A stretch of 64,000 bases of DNA from Clostridiaceae bacterium (GCA_012519085.1 JAAYQX010000026.1:2425-66424); one strand, 5' to 3'. Counted from the first letter of the stretch, positions 35,929 to 47,876 are shown. Numbers and translations: made by a program. Notes: generated from the sequence alone by a model not told the origin.

Positions 35929-37059
35929 ATGATGGACGAACGCAAGAAATGGCTGCTGAAGACTATTATTGAAGACTATGTTGAGACTGCCGAGCCGGTT
36001 GGCTCCAAAGTCCTGACTACAAGACATAAACTCGATATTAGCCCGGCCACTGTCCGCAATGACATGGCTGATTTGGAGGAAATGGGTTATTTGGAAAAAA
36101 CCCATGCCTCTTCAGGGCGAGTGCCATCTGATAAAGGCTACCGGGCTTATATTGACAATCTGATTGTGCTCGAACCATTATCCAAAGAAATTAAAGATTA
36201 TATTATCAGTTTCCTCTCTGATGCCATGATGGAGGCGAAAAGCCTAATTGAGCAAGCTGCGGCTGTATTGTCTGAACAGTCAAACTACATATCACTGGTT
36301 TTAACACCACGCTACGGTTCCTCATCTCTGCGACAGATCAAAATCTTGCAGATTGAACCGGGTCGTGCTCTTATAGTTGTTGTATTGTCAGAAGGAATTG
36401 TTAAAGATAGAGTTGTCAGGATCCCCAATATTATTTCTGACCAACAGCTAGTTGAACTTGCTTCAGCTATAGAACGCGGGTTGCAGGGGAAACGTCTGGA
36501 TGATATTACTCTGGTTACTGTGACTGCGGCTGCTGACGGCAGTACTATTCCTGAGCCGCTGCTGAATCAGGTTTTATATGAAGCCTATGTTTCTATAAAG
36601 CAGGCGGGACATCTGGATATGTATTTGCAAGGTATTCATACGCTATTAGACCATCCAGAATTCCATGATATAGAAAAGGCGCAACGCTTTTTAACCACTT
36701 TACATAAAGAACATGTCGTGGCTGCTTATCTTGATGAATGGCAGGCACAAGAAAGGGAAAACTACCAGGACAATGTTGCGATAAATTTTTCAGATGATAA
36801 TAGAACTGAAAGTAAACATACTGCCGACAGGCCGGCCTTCATGGTTCGGATTGGTCAGGAAATTGATTTGGACGGTATGGATGACTGTTCCTTTATCACA
36901 ACCACTTATCGCATTGGCGGAGAACTTTCCGGACAAATCTGCCTGATTGGCCCGCGCAGAATGCCCTATACAAGAACGATCTCGCAGATTAATTTTGTCA
37001 ACCGTGCTCTGACTGAGCAAATGAAAGCGCGCGCCAGGTACTGTAAAACCGACGAATGA
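35929..37059 (+). CDS. hrcA: Heat-inducible transcription repressor HrcA
   Basis: MMDERKKWLLKTIIEDYVETAEPVGSKVL... is a typical HrcA N-terminus. AAGGAGGA ribosome binding site at 35913..35920. I prefer the ATG at 35929 over the track start at 35911. Confidence 0.9.
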   Translation: MMDERKKWLLKTIIEDYVETAEPVGSKVLTTRHKLDISPATVRNDMADLEEMGYLEKTHASSGRVPSDKGYRAYIDNLIVLEPLSKEIKDYIISFLSDAMMEAKSLIEQAAAVLSEQSNYISLVLTPRYGSSSLRQIKILQIEPGRALIVVVLSEGIVKDRVVRIPNIISDQQLVELASAIERGLQGKRLDDITLVTVTAAADGSTIPEPLLNQVLYEAYVSIKQAGHLDMYLQGIHTLLDHPEFHDIEKAQRFLTTLHKEHVVAAYLDEWQAQERENYQDNVAINFSDDNRTESKHTADRPAFMVRIGQEIDLDGMDDCSFITTTYRIGGELSGQICLIGPRRMPYTRTISQINFVNRALTEQMKARARYCKTDE

Positions 37060-37108
37060 TAACAAATATAGACTAGGTACAGATGACAAAAATTCTGATG
37101 GAGGATAT

Positions 37109-37693
37109 ATGGATAAAAAAAAGAATAAACAGGCAAGCAGTGATCAAGAGCAGCCATCATTAGAAGAAATAGAGAAACAGAAGACAGCAGTTTGTGAAGA
37201 AACTCCTGAGCAGGCAGATGCTACTGCAGAGACTGAAACTGATGCAGGAGAAAATGAGCAGGAACAGTACCGGGAATTAGAAGATAAATACCTGCGCTTG
37301 GCAGCAGAATACGATAATTTTAGACGACGTTCCCGAAAAGAGAAAGAAGCCTTGTATTCTGATTCCATCTCCGATGTTGTCAGCAAATTTTTACCGGTTT
37401 TGGATAATGTTGATCGAGCTCTTGAACTGGCTGAGGACTGCACTAATCCTGAGACATTGGCTTTTGCTGAGGGTGTTCAGTTGATTCGCAAACAGCTGGA
37501 GGACATATTTGCCGGCTTGGATATTCAGGAGATTAAAGCTTTAGGCGAGACTTTTGATCCTAATCTCCACCATGCAGTATCACATATCGAGGATGAAACG
37601 AAAGATATACAAGAAATAACAGAAGTTTTTATGGCAGGATACATCAGGAATGATCGGGTGCTTAGACATTCAGTAGTACAGGTAGCTAATTAA
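37109..37693 (+). CDS. grpE: Nucleotide exchange factor GrpE
   Basis: Acidic N-terminus followed by YLRLAAEYDNFRRR and FDPNLHHAV; 194 aa; located between hrcA and dnaK. Confidence 0.9.
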   Translation: MDKKKNKQASSDQEQPSLEEIEKQKTAVCEETPEQADATAETETDAGENEQEQYRELEDKYLRLAAEYDNFRRRSRKEKEALYSDSISDVVSKFLPVLDNVDRALELAEDCTNPETLAFAEGVQLIRKQLEDIFAGLDIQEIKALGETFDPNLHHAVSHIEDETKDIQEITEVFMAGYIRNDRVLRHSVVQVAN

Positions 37694-37759
37694 TATAGAA
37701 CCGCAAGACGGTATATAAATATAAAATAGATAACTCGTAAACGAGCAGAAAGAGGATAA

Positions 37760-39595
<1,836 letters not shown>

Positions 39596-39635
39596 ATTAC
39601 AGTAAGAGAACAATTTATGGTATGATTTTGGAAAT

Positions 39636-39666
39636 GATACCCGCCGCATATAAGGCGGCGGGTATC
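39636..39666 (+). other. GC-rich hairpin between dnaK and dnaJ
   Basis: GATACCCGCCGC (39636..39647) pairs with GCGGCGGGTATC (39655..39666): a 12-bp perfect stem with a 7-nt loop. No U-tract follows. Confidence 0.5.
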
Positions 39667-39689
39667 GGCATGTAAGCTTGGAGGAGCAA

Positions 39690-40838
39690 GTGGCAGAAAA
39701 ACGTGATTATTACGAAATTTTGGGCGTCGAAAAATCAGCGGACGAAAATCAGATTAAGAAAGCTTATTGGAAGTTGGCTAAAAAATATCACCCGGACGTA
39801 AATCCCGGTGATCAGGAAGCCGAAGAAAAGTTTAAAGAAGCAAATGAAGCATATGAAGTCCTGAGCGATAAGGAAAAACGCAGCCGCTATGATCAGTTCG
39901 GTCACGCCGGTGTCGATCCCAACAGTTTCTCAGGCCAGGGTTTCAGCCATTTTGATTTGAACGATATTTTCAGCTCAATTTTCGGTGGCTTCGGAGGTTT
40001 TGGCGGCTTTGGCGGTTTTGGCAGCCAGCAGAGTGCCGGGCGGAGCCCATTACGAGGGGCGAATTTACGTTACCGTATGAATCTGGATTTCTTAGAGGCT
40101 GCTTTTGGTGTTGAAAGGGAAATCTCAATTAATAAAGACGATATCTGCGAAACTTGTTCCGGTAGCAAGACTAGTGACGGATCTAAACCCAGAACTTGTC
40201 CGACTTGTCATGGTACCGGTCAGGTACAGATGGTTAGAGAGACCATGTTCGGACAGATGGTGACGAGCAGGACCTGTGATGCCTGTCGTGGCAGTGGCGA
40301 AATTATTGATAATCCTTGTCCGGACTGTAGAGGACGTGGTGTTCGGAGCAAGAATAAAAGGCTTCAAGTTAAAGTGCCGGCCGGTATTAACGAAGGTGAA
40401 ATGCTGACACTGCGTGGAGAAGGGGAGCCGGGCAAAGATGGCGGATCTTACGGGGATCTTTATATTGAAATAAGGATCAGGCCCCACCCGGTCTTTACCA
40501 GAGAAGGCGTCCAAACATATTGTGAAATTCCTGTGACCTTTACTCAGGCGGCATTAGGAGCAGAAATTGATGTTCCTACTATAGATGGTACTGTCAAGTA
40601 CAGATTGAAAGAAGGGACTCAGCCCGGCGATGTCTTTACAATAAGAGGCAAAGGGATCCCCTATATTAATCGTCCTGATGTGCGTGGTGACCACAAATTC
40701 CGTGTTAATTTAGAAGTACCCAAAAATTTAAATCAAAAGCAACAAGCACTATTGCAGAGCTTTGAAGAAAGTATGAGTGACGGGAATTATAAAGAAAGGA
40801 AGAGCTTCTTAGATAAAATAAAAGAACTCTTTAACTAA
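39690..40838 (+). CDS. dnaJ: Molecular chaperone DnaJ (type I, with zinc-finger domain)
   Basis: [12 protein letters not shown]...KKYHPD, a G/F region, and four CxxCxGxG repeats. I prefer the GTG at 39690 (GGAGGA at 39680..39685) over the track TTG at 39678. Confidence 0.9.
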   Translation: MAEKRDYYEILGVEKSADENQIKKAYWKLAKKYHPDVNPGDQEAEEKFKEANEAYEVLSDKEKRSRYDQFGHAGVDPNSFSGQGFSHFDLNDIFSSIFGGFGGFGGFGGFGSQQSAGRSPLRGANLRYRMNLDFLEAAFGVEREISINKDDICETCSGSKTSDGSKPRTCPTCHGTGQVQMVRETMFGQMVTSRTCDACRGSGEIIDNPCPDCRGRGVRSKNKRLQVKVPAGINEGEMLTLRGEGEPGKDGGSYGDLYIEIRIRPHPVFTREGVQTYCEIPVTFTQAALGAEIDVPTIDGTVKYRLKEGTQPGDVFTIRGKGIPYINRPDVRGDHKFRVNLEVPKNLNQKQQALLQSFEESMSDGNYKERKSFLDKIKELFN

Positions 40839-40846
40839 TTTCTTGC

Positions 40847-41491
40847 GTGGCTAGAAATACGGAGTACATAGTCTTTGACTTGGAATGGAATATTGTCGGC
40901 ATTAAGAATGACGTTCCCCCTGAGGAACAAAAAAAATTGCCGTTTGAAATAATTGAAATCGGCGCTGTAAAACTGGACCGGCAGTTGCAAGAAATCGGTT
41001 GCTTCAGCACCTATGTCAAACCAGTTCTATATCCCATTATGTCGCAATATGTATCTCGTGTTACTAATAGAAAACAAGAGAGCCTCAGTCAGGGGCTTAC
41101 TTTCCCCATTGCGGCAAAGCACTTTCGAGCTTTTGCTAATAATGTTTCCAGCGTCTATTGCAGTTGGTCAAAAGCGGATCCTAATGTTCTGATGGACAAC
41201 TTCCGCTATTATAACTTAGCTTTTATCGATCCGTTTCGCTGCATAGACATACAATCTCTTTTTTCTGTGGTAGCTGAAAAAGTATCTAGTTCTACTCAGC
41301 GATCAATTGAGTACGCCCTTAATTATCTACAAATCCCTTGCGATAAGCCTCTACATACAGCACTTAACGATGCTTATTATACAGGCTTGATTTTGAGCAG
41401 AATTTGGCAGGGTATGGAAGGTAGTGCCCGGTCAAAAAATAGAATCCTCAAGTCATTTCAATATCAACCTTCTGTGAAGAAAAGACGGTAG
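40847..41491 (+). CDS. DEDDh-type 3'-5' exonuclease (ERI-1/KapD-like)
   Basis: YIVFDLEWN (Exo I), EIIEIGAV, and HTALNDAYYT (Exo III with His). Confidence 0.7.
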   Translation: MARNTEYIVFDLEWNIVGIKNDVPPEEQKKLPFEIIEIGAVKLDRQLQEIGCFSTYVKPVLYPIMSQYVSRVTNRKQESLSQGLTFPIAAKHFRAFANNVSSVYCSWSKADPNVLMDNFRYYNLAFIDPFRCIDIQSLFSVVAEKVSSSTQRSIEYALNYLQIPCDKPLHTALNDAYYTGLILSRIWQGMEGSARSKNRILKSFQYQPSVKKRR

Positions 41492-42693
41492 TACTTTTTC
41501 TTGCCTCTGCGGACGATGACCGCATTATCGACCAGGTCAGAATCAGAAATAATATAATCAACACTTTCCACAGGCTGATTATTGATATAGAGGCCCCCCT
41601 GGGCGATTAAACGCCTTCCTTCACTGCGTGAGGGAATAATCCCGGTTTCAGTTAATAACTCGAGCAAAGGCGCTTGTCGGGCTGCTGACGGCATTGTAAA
41701 TTCCGGCATTCTATCGGCAGCACCGGCACCGGAAAATATTGCTTTGGCGGTTAGGTTAACTTCCTGCGCAATGCTTTCACCATGAATGGTCTTGGTTAAT
41801 TCGAATGCCAGAAGCTCTTTGACCGGATTCAACTTCTCTCCTTCTAAATGCTCATATTCTCTGATTTCTGCCAGCGGCAAGAATGTCAATAGCTTGAGAC
41901 AGCGAATTACATCTGCATCATCAATATTGCGCCAATACTGATAAAAATCATATGGTTTGAATTTTTTAGGATCAAGCCAGACAGCGCCACCAACAGTTTT
42001 CCCCATTTTTTCTCCGGCGGAATTGGTCAGAAGTGTTAATGTCATGCCCCAGGCCTGGCCGCGCTCTTTGCGGCGAATTAAGTCGGCACCGGCAATAATA
42101 TTAGACCATTGATCGTCGCCGCCGATTTGCAGTTGACAATCATAGCGGCGATACAATTCAAGGAAATCATAAGCTTGAAGCAGCATATAATTAAATTCCA
42201 GAAAAGTCAGACCGCGTTCTAAGCGCTGCTTATATGCTTCTGCGGCTAACATGCGATTGACAGAAAACTGCGATCCGATCTCTCTGATGAATTCGATATA
42301 ATTCAGAGGAGCCAGCCATTCAGCATTATCCACCATCAAAGCGCGCCCATCAGTAAAGTCAAGTAACATTCCCATTTGACTTTCAAATTTTGTCACATTG
42401 TGTCTGATCGTTTCCAGTGACATAATCTTTCTCATTTCGGTTCGATCTGACGGATCACCGATCATTCCGGTGCCACCACCTATAAGAGCAATTGGCCTGT
42501 GACCGGCACGCTGCAAATGGGCCATTGCCATCATTTGAACAAAATGACCGACATGGAGACTGTCCGCTGTGGGATCAAAACCAATATAAAATGTAGCACC
42601 AGGTTGTGAGAGATAATCCCGTACTTCCGCCTCATGGGTGACTTGAGCAATAAAGCCACGTTCTTGTAATTCATCATAAATTGATCCAGGCAT
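41464..42693 (-). CDS. tyrS: Tyrosine--tRNA ligase
   Basis: FYIGFDPTADSLHVGHF (HIGH motif), KMGKT (KMSKS motif) and a C-terminal S4 domain. I prefer the ATG at 42693 (GAGGT 6 nt upstream) over the track start at 42753, which would overlap the upstream gene. Confidence 0.9.
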   Translation of the reverse strand: MPGSIYDELQERGFIAQVTHEAEVRDYLSQPGATFYIGFDPTADSLHVGHFVQMMAMAHLQRAGHRPIALIGGGTGMIGDPSDRTEMRKIMSLETIRHNVTKFESQMGMLLDFTDGRALMVDNAEWLAPLNYIEFIREIGSQFSVNRMLAAEAYKQRLERGLTFLEFNYMLLQAYDFLELYRRYDCQLQIGGDDQWSNIIAGADLIRRKERGQAWGMTLTLLTNSAGEKMGKTVGGAVWLDPKKFKPYDFYQYWRNIDDADVIRCLKLLTFLPLAEIREYEHLEGEKLNPVKELLAFELTKTIHGESIAQEVNLTAKAIFSGAGAADRMPEFTMPSAARQAPLLELLTETGIIPSRSEGRRLIAQGGLYINNQPVESVDYIISDSDLVDNAVIVRRGKKKYYRLFFTEG

Positions 42694-42749
42694 AATTTGT
42701 ACCTCAATGATAAAGTCTTCGTCTATTCTATTCTGAGCTGTAAGCTTCG

Positions 42750-44006
42750 TCAAAGCAGAACAGGTTTTTGTTCATAATAGCGATTAATGTTCTGATTTGT
42801 TGATTGTAACCAGAGTTTTGCCGCAGTCAGGGAAATCTCTGCTTGTTTCCGTGCTGGAATGCTGTCCAGTCTGGCATACTCGGAAGCAAGACTAATTATA
42901 GGCAACGAACTATGTTTTTGCATTAAGCGAAGTAGATAACGGCCGGTTTTGTTGAAACCGAGCACTTTGATGTAGTTGGGCTCTGACAACTCTTTTAAGT
43001 CGGAGTTAGTCAGTCCAAGTAATAATGATATTACTGCCCTACGGACTCTGGCTGCTGGATGGGACCTGGAGGCGGTAACCTGTATCAAGTGTGATAGATT
43101 TGCATCAATTATATCCGGCTGTGAGACAATATTTAGGAGCCTTGAGCCCAAACCCTGCTGCATATGCGCAATCTCAGCAATACTTTTATTTGTGTGCTGT
43201 TCAAGCGCAAAAAATACATCATATTTAAGCTGATCAAATAGCAATAGTCCGGAACTGTCTTGTATGGCTGCCAGAATTTTAGCCAAGGAATAGCTGGGCA
43301 TTTTTTTCTCCAGTTCATGTGTAAGTTTACGCAAACGGGAAGGATCTAAAGTAAAACAGGTGGATTGATAATCCTCAAGCAGAAGAGCCGTTAATATCTG
43401 TCTTATTTCGCTAGACGATATATTGTTCGTACGAGAAATAGTTCGCAACTTAATATATGAACTTAGACCATTAACATCTAAAGCTTTCAGGTACTCAATT
43501 GCTAGTATATTGTTAGGTTTCTGGAGCAATGAGGCGAGTTTATGATCTCCGGTGATCTCTGCTACAGCGTGTTCTCTAGCAGACGGGAAGCCCATTCCGG
43601 CTTTTATTCCGACTTGCAGCAGCTTTTTGTACGTTGAACTTTCATTGCTCAGCAGAGCACTGATTTGCTGTAGTTCATTTAGATTGGGATTTTCTGCTCC
43701 GCATACTATTTGTTGTACTATGCCGGTGCTATGAAGGCATTTTATAGCTCCGGAGGCAAAACCTTCCGCACTTGATAAGGCATAGATTTCCGGCAAGGAC
43801 AATATCAAATCTGCCCCCGCTTCCAATGCGGTTCTTGTCCGTGTCCAGGGAGGAAGCAGATTAGGAACACCCCGCTGACTAAAAAACTCCGGCAGGATAA
43901 TAATGATGCCACATCTTTCCTGTGAGACTTTCCTGATCTGTTGTAATAACCAGGCATGTCCATGGTGTAAGGGATTAAATTCGGCAATTACTGCTATAGT
44001 CTTCAC
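42750..44006 (-). CDS. tmcAL: tRNA(Met) cytidine acetate ligase TmcAL (YlbM/UPF0348 nucleotidyltransferase)
   Basis: MKTIAVIAEFNPLHHGHAWLL is the HIGH-type nucleotidyltransferase N-terminus characteristic of YlbM/TmcAL; 418 aa; GTG start. Confidence 0.75.
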   Translation of the reverse strand: MKTIAVIAEFNPLHHGHAWLLQQIRKVSQERCGIIIILPEFFSQRGVPNLLPPWTRTRTALEAGADLILSLPEIYALSSAEGFASGAIKCLHSTGIVQQIVCGAENPNLNELQQISALLSNESSTYKKLLQVGIKAGMGFPSAREHAVAEITGDHKLASLLQKPNNILAIEYLKALDVNGLSSYIKLRTISRTNNISSSEIRQILTALLLEDYQSTCFTLDPSRLRKLTHELEKKMPSYSLAKILAAIQDSSGLLLFDQLKYDVFFALEQHTNKSIAEIAHMQQGLGSRLLNIVSQPDIIDANLSHLIQVTASRSHPAARVRRAVISLLLGLTNSDLKELSEPNYIKVLGFNKTGRYLLRLMQKHSSLPIISLASEYARLDSIPARKQAEISLTAAKLWLQSTNQNINRYYEQKPVLL

Positions 44007-44097
44007 GGCATTTTCCTCTTCTAGAACATTCTATCAGAGAGTAGATTCTTATTAATATTTTTTGTCTTTAAGAGCGGAATTGGCTTAAAATGCAAAT

Positions 44098-45405
44098 ATG
44101 AAAGATTTCGTGCGAGAGAAAAAACGCTTTATACTTCCTCTTATCGCAAGCTTGCTACTTATAAGTGTTGCTCTTTATATATATTTTCATTTTATTGCTC
44201 GGCGCAATTTGGTCAAGTTACCCTTAAACGAATTGCCAGGCAATTCGGCCGATTTCGGTCAGACAGATCCCGATCTAATTGCTCCCGGGGTATTAAAGCA
44301 AATCGAAACGAATTTGCTTATCGATGTTGAGCTCAAATTAAGTCAGGAAGATGAAGTGCAGACAGCCACCGGTCTATTGATTGCATGGCGCAAACAACCT
44401 GATTTGGTCTTGGGAGATGATCCTGATATTGAAATTATAGCCGATCAGATATTGGCAATTGATCAACTATATTTTGGACAGGCTTTGTTGGAATCGGGTC
44501 GGAATAGACAATTCAAGCAATGGCGTCGTAATTTCAAACAAGCTTTCTTTGATGAGATTAGCGGATTGTTTGCAAATGCTCTAGAGCGGGAGAATAATAA
44601 TATTTTCCGGCAAAAGGATCCAAACTGGATTACTACTCAAGATTATCTGCGTCTGCTCTTGCTGGCTTATCTAGATAAACCGACCAAAGATCTGAGCCGG
44701 GAAATTTCAGATCTGTCTGATACATTGCTGCCTTTGTTTCTATCCGGACCGCCGACAACAATTGAAGGTTATGGACCAAATCTCAATCATCCCTTGATTT
44801 CAAAAGCGGCTGATGATCCTGTGCCCCTTGAGCAACAGCCAATTCCTCTGGTATCCGTGGAAAGTATTGATTTCTGGACATTAGAACAATTGTCAGCTTT
44901 TGATCAGGGCTGGACTGAGATTGCCGCCAGCTGGAAATCCAGACTGGCTGAATACCCACACGAAGTCGGCATGCCTTTCCCGCCCGAAGGATGGAGCCCT
45001 TATGAGCAGGAACTTATGCCGCTGATTGAATCCGGTTTCCAAGCGGAAACCTGGCGTATGTTGCGCACTTCTATCCACCTGGCTGAAGTTGGAGTAAGCA
45101 ATGCGGATTTTCTTGGTTTTATCTTGGGTGAATTGAACAATGGCCATCTTGCTGCTTCCTATCATCTTCTGAGTGGTTCCGGTTCAGATAAGGAAGCTGA
45201 TCCTGCTCTTGCCGCCTGGGCTGCGAGATTGGGGCGCGTGTGCGATAACCGTTCTTTGTTTTCTGCGGCGGTAAAGCAGTTGAGCCGGAGTTATGTTTCC
45301 AGCCAGACTAATGACTTCTTTGGAGCTTTTGCTCGTCGTGATGAAGAGGGCAGATTGACAATTTTTGCACTGGATCAGGTTCTAGGCTTGTTGGCTCTGC
45401 AATAA
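44098..45405 (+). CDS. Hypothetical membrane-anchored protein
   Basis: 435-aa ORF with one N-terminal transmembrane segment (FILPLIASLLLISVALYIYF). No family is recognised. Confidence 0.4.
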   Translation: MKDFVREKKRFILPLIASLLLISVALYIYFHFIARRNLVKLPLNELPGNSADFGQTDPDLIAPGVLKQIETNLLIDVELKLSQEDEVQTATGLLIAWRKQPDLVLGDDPDIEIIADQILAIDQLYFGQALLESGRNRQFKQWRRNFKQAFFDEISGLFANALERENNNIFRQKDPNWITTQDYLRLLLLAYLDKPTKDLSREISDLSDTLLPLFLSGPPTTIEGYGPNLNHPLISKAADDPVPLEQQPIPLVSVESIDFWTLEQLSAFDQGWTEIAASWKSRLAEYPHEVGMPFPPEGWSPYEQELMPLIESGFQAETWRMLRTSIHLAEVGVSNADFLGFILGELNNGHLAASYHLLSGSGSDKEADPALAAWAARLGRVCDNRSLFSAAVKQLSRSYVSSQTNDFFGAFARRDEEGRLTIFALDQVLGLLALQ

Positions 45406-45463
45406 GATGGCGTGCTGATGTGAAAAACTGGTGATAGAACTATCTGTAGTGCCAAGGTTACGT

Positions 45464-45492
45464 CTTCGTCAAAAAAACTTCGTCAAAAACTT
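45464..45492. repeat. Tandem direct repeat CTTCGTCAAAAA(AA)-CTTCGTCAAAAA-CTT upstream of the pta promoter
   Basis: Read directly from the sequence: cttcgtcaaaaaaa at 45464..45477, cttcgtcaaaaa at 45478..45489, then ctt. Confidence 0.5.
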
Positions 45493-45503
45493 GGCGCTTT
45501 TAA

Positions 45504-45532
45504 TTGAATCTATCCGCAGGATAACTTATACT
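45504..45532 (+). promoter_or_regulatory. Candidate pta-ackA promoter (TTGAAT-17-TATACT)
   Basis: -35 at 45504..45509, a 17-nt spacer and -10 at 45527..45532, 52 nt upstream of the pta ATG. Confidence 0.45.
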
Positions 45533-45583
45533 AACTGTTGGTGTTATTTTAACTATTAAATATAAACAATGTGGAGGAATAAG

Positions 45584-46576
45584 ATGAGTTTTTTAGACAA
45601 TGTCAAAGCTGAAGCTCGCAAGGTAAAGAAAAATATCGTTTTGCCGGAGAGCATGGACCCGCGCGTTGTTGAAGCGGCAGCCAAGATTTTACAGGATAAC
45701 TTGGCTAATGTCATATTGATTGGCAAACAAGAGGAAATCCAGGCACAAGCACCTGATTGGGATGTCTCCGGTGCTACTTTTGTTGATCCGGCTTCATATG
45801 AAGGACTGGATGACTTTGCAGACACATTCTATGAAATGCGTAAAAAGAAAGGAATGACACCGGAAGCAGCTAGGGAGACTATGCTTGAACCAACACCATT
45901 TGGCGTCATGATGGTTAAGAAGGATCTTGCTGATGGTTTGGTGGCCGGTGCTGTAGGCAGTACGGCTGATACACTGAGACCGGCATTGCAGATTTTGCGC
46001 ACTAAGGAGGGTACCAATCTAGTTTCATCATTTTTCCTGATGGTGGTTCCTGATTGCCCCTATGGGGATAACGGTACTTTTCTGTTTTCTGATTGTGGTC
46101 TGGTCGAAAATCCTGACGCTGCTCAGCTGGCAGAGATTGCGGTTTCTTCTGCGTCATCCTTCCGGGCGTTGACTGGTACTGAACCCAAAGTCGCACTTCT
46201 ATCTTATTCCAGCTTTGGCTCCGCCAAAAGTGAATTGACCGAGAAGGTAGTCGAGGCGACAAAGTTGGCCAAAGAGAAGGCGCCTGATCTGACTCTGGAT
46301 GGCGAACTTCAGGCCGATGCGGCGATCATTCCGGCAATTGGCAAATCAAAAGCGCCTAAGAGTAAAGTACAGGGTGATGCCAATTGTCTGATATTCCCGG
46401 ACCTGAATGCCGGCAATATTGCTTATAAGTTAGTAGAACGGCTTGGCAAGGCTGAAGCATATGGTCCTATGTTGCAGGGAATTGCCAAACCGGTCAATGA
46501 TCTGTCTCGTGGTTGCAGCGCTGACGACATTGTCGGTGTAGTTGCTTTAACTGTACTCCAGTGTACACAAAATTAA
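45584..46576 (+). CDS. pta: Phosphate acetyltransferase
   Basis: MSFLDNVKAEARKVKKNIVLPES..., the end motifs SRGCSADDIV and IFPDLNAGNIAYK, and ackA following. ATG at 45584 with GGAGGA upstream. Confidence 0.9.
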   Translation: MSFLDNVKAEARKVKKNIVLPESMDPRVVEAAAKILQDNLANVILIGKQEEIQAQAPDWDVSGATFVDPASYEGLDDFADTFYEMRKKKGMTPEAARETMLEPTPFGVMMVKKDLADGLVAGAVGSTADTLRPALQILRTKEGTNLVSSFFLMVVPDCPYGDNGTFLFSDCGLVENPDAAQLAEIAVSSASSFRALTGTEPKVALLSYSSFGSAKSELTEKVVEATKLAKEKAPDLTLDGELQADAAIIPAIGKSKAPKSKVQGDANCLIFPDLNAGNIAYKLVERLGKAEAYGPMLQGIAKPVNDLSRGCSADDIVGVVALTVLQCTQN

Positions 46577-46609
46577 TAATGGCTAAAGCCGGAGGATAAG
46601 GAATATTTT

Positions 46610-47815
46610 ATGAAAATACTAATAATTAATTCTGGTAGTTCTTCTCTCAAGTATCAAGTAATCAATTATGAGGCACGCGAGGTCCTGTGTGTAGGTCTTT
46701 GTGAGCGTATCGGCATTGATGATCCCAGCATGACTCACAAGCTTAGTGATGGCAAAACTTTCAAAGGGAATATGGATTTCAAAACACATCGTGATGCTGT
46801 ATTTGCGATGGTCGAAAAACTTACTTCTGAAGAATATGGAGTTATTAAAGAGCTTGACGAGATTTCAGCGGTTGGCCACCGTGTCCTGCATGGCGGTGAA
46901 GAGTTTACTGCTCCTGCCTTAGTTACTGACGAGGTTAAGCAGGCAATTCGTAAATGCTTTGCCTGGGGACCCCTGCATAATCCGGCCAATTTAACCGGTA
47001 TTGAAGTCTGCGAAGAAATTATGCCTGGTATTCCGCAGGTGGCGATCTTTGATACTGCTTTCCATCAGACGATGCCTGCTGAAGCCTTTATCTATGCTTT
47101 GCCCTACCGCTATTATGAGGAGCTTGGAATCCGCCGTTACGGCTTCCATGGCACTTCGCATATGTATGTATCGCAGCAGGCAGTAGAACTCCTGGGGGGC
47201 GAAGCTGAAGGTACCAGAATCATCACTTGCCATCTTGGCAATGGTTCATCCTTTGCTGCGGTTAAAGATGGCAAATGCGTTGATACCAGCATGGGACTCA
47301 CGCCATTGGCAGGAATAGCCATGGGCACCCGTTGCGGTGATATCGACCCAGCCATTGTACCTTATATTATGAAGGCGGAAAATTTGACTCCGGATGAGAT
47401 TGATCACATCATGAATAAAGAATCAGGTGTGAGAGGAGTTTCAGGGGTTAGTTCGGATTTCCGAGATCTCGCTGCAACGGCCGCTGAGGGTAACGAAAGA
47501 TCAAAGCTGGCATTAGATATGTTTGTGTATCAAGGCAGAAAGATTATCGCAAGTTACGCTGCTGCCTTGGGTGGAGTCGATGCTATAGTATTTACGGCCG
47601 GAATCGGTGAGAATGATACGGATACTCGCGCAAGAATGCTTGAAAATCTGGAGTTTATGGGCGTAGAGGTTGATCGCAGCAAGAATGATGGCCTTAGAGC
47701 TAAGGTTGCTGATATTTCTAAGGACGGATCGAAGGTTAGAGTATTTGTCATCCCGACAAATGAGGAACTCTCAATTGCAATTCAGACCGTCGAGCTGCTT
47801 GGACTGGATAAGTAG
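46610..47815 (+). CDS. ackA: Acetate kinase
   Basis: MKILIINSGSSSLKYQ, GHRVLHGG, RYGFHGTSH and FTAGIGEN; 401 aa. Confidence 0.95.
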   Translation: MKILIINSGSSSLKYQVINYEAREVLCVGLCERIGIDDPSMTHKLSDGKTFKGNMDFKTHRDAVFAMVEKLTSEEYGVIKELDEISAVGHRVLHGGEEFTAPALVTDEVKQAIRKCFAWGPLHNPANLTGIEVCEEIMPGIPQVAIFDTAFHQTMPAEAFIYALPYRYYEELGIRRYGFHGTSHMYVSQQAVELLGGEAEGTRIITCHLGNGSSFAAVKDGKCVDTSMGLTPLAGIAMGTRCGDIDPAIVPYIMKAENLTPDEIDHIMNKESGVRGVSGVSSDFRDLAATAAEGNERSKLALDMFVYQGRKIIASYAAALGGVDAIVFTAGIGENDTDTRARMLENLEFMGVEVDRSKNDGLRAKVADISKDGSKVRVFVIPTNEELSIAIQTVELLGLDK

Positions 47816-47834
47816 ATTGTCCCGGAAATTGGTT

Positions 47835-47867
47835 CTGCAGTGAACTGTTATATACGGATCACTGCAG
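47835..47867 (+). terminator. Possible terminator hairpin after ackA
   Basis: CTGCAGTGA (47835..47843) pairs with TCACTGCAG (47859..47867): a 9-bp stem with a 15-nt loop. The trailing sequence GATTAATTCTT is only weakly U-rich. Confidence 0.35.
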
Positions 47868-47876
47868 GATTAATTC

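Noticed and set aside
39960-40030. Repeated GGCGGCTTTGGCGGTTTTGG-type units
   Set aside because: They encode the G/F-rich region of DnaJ ([14 protein letters not shown]), an expected feature of type I DnaJ.
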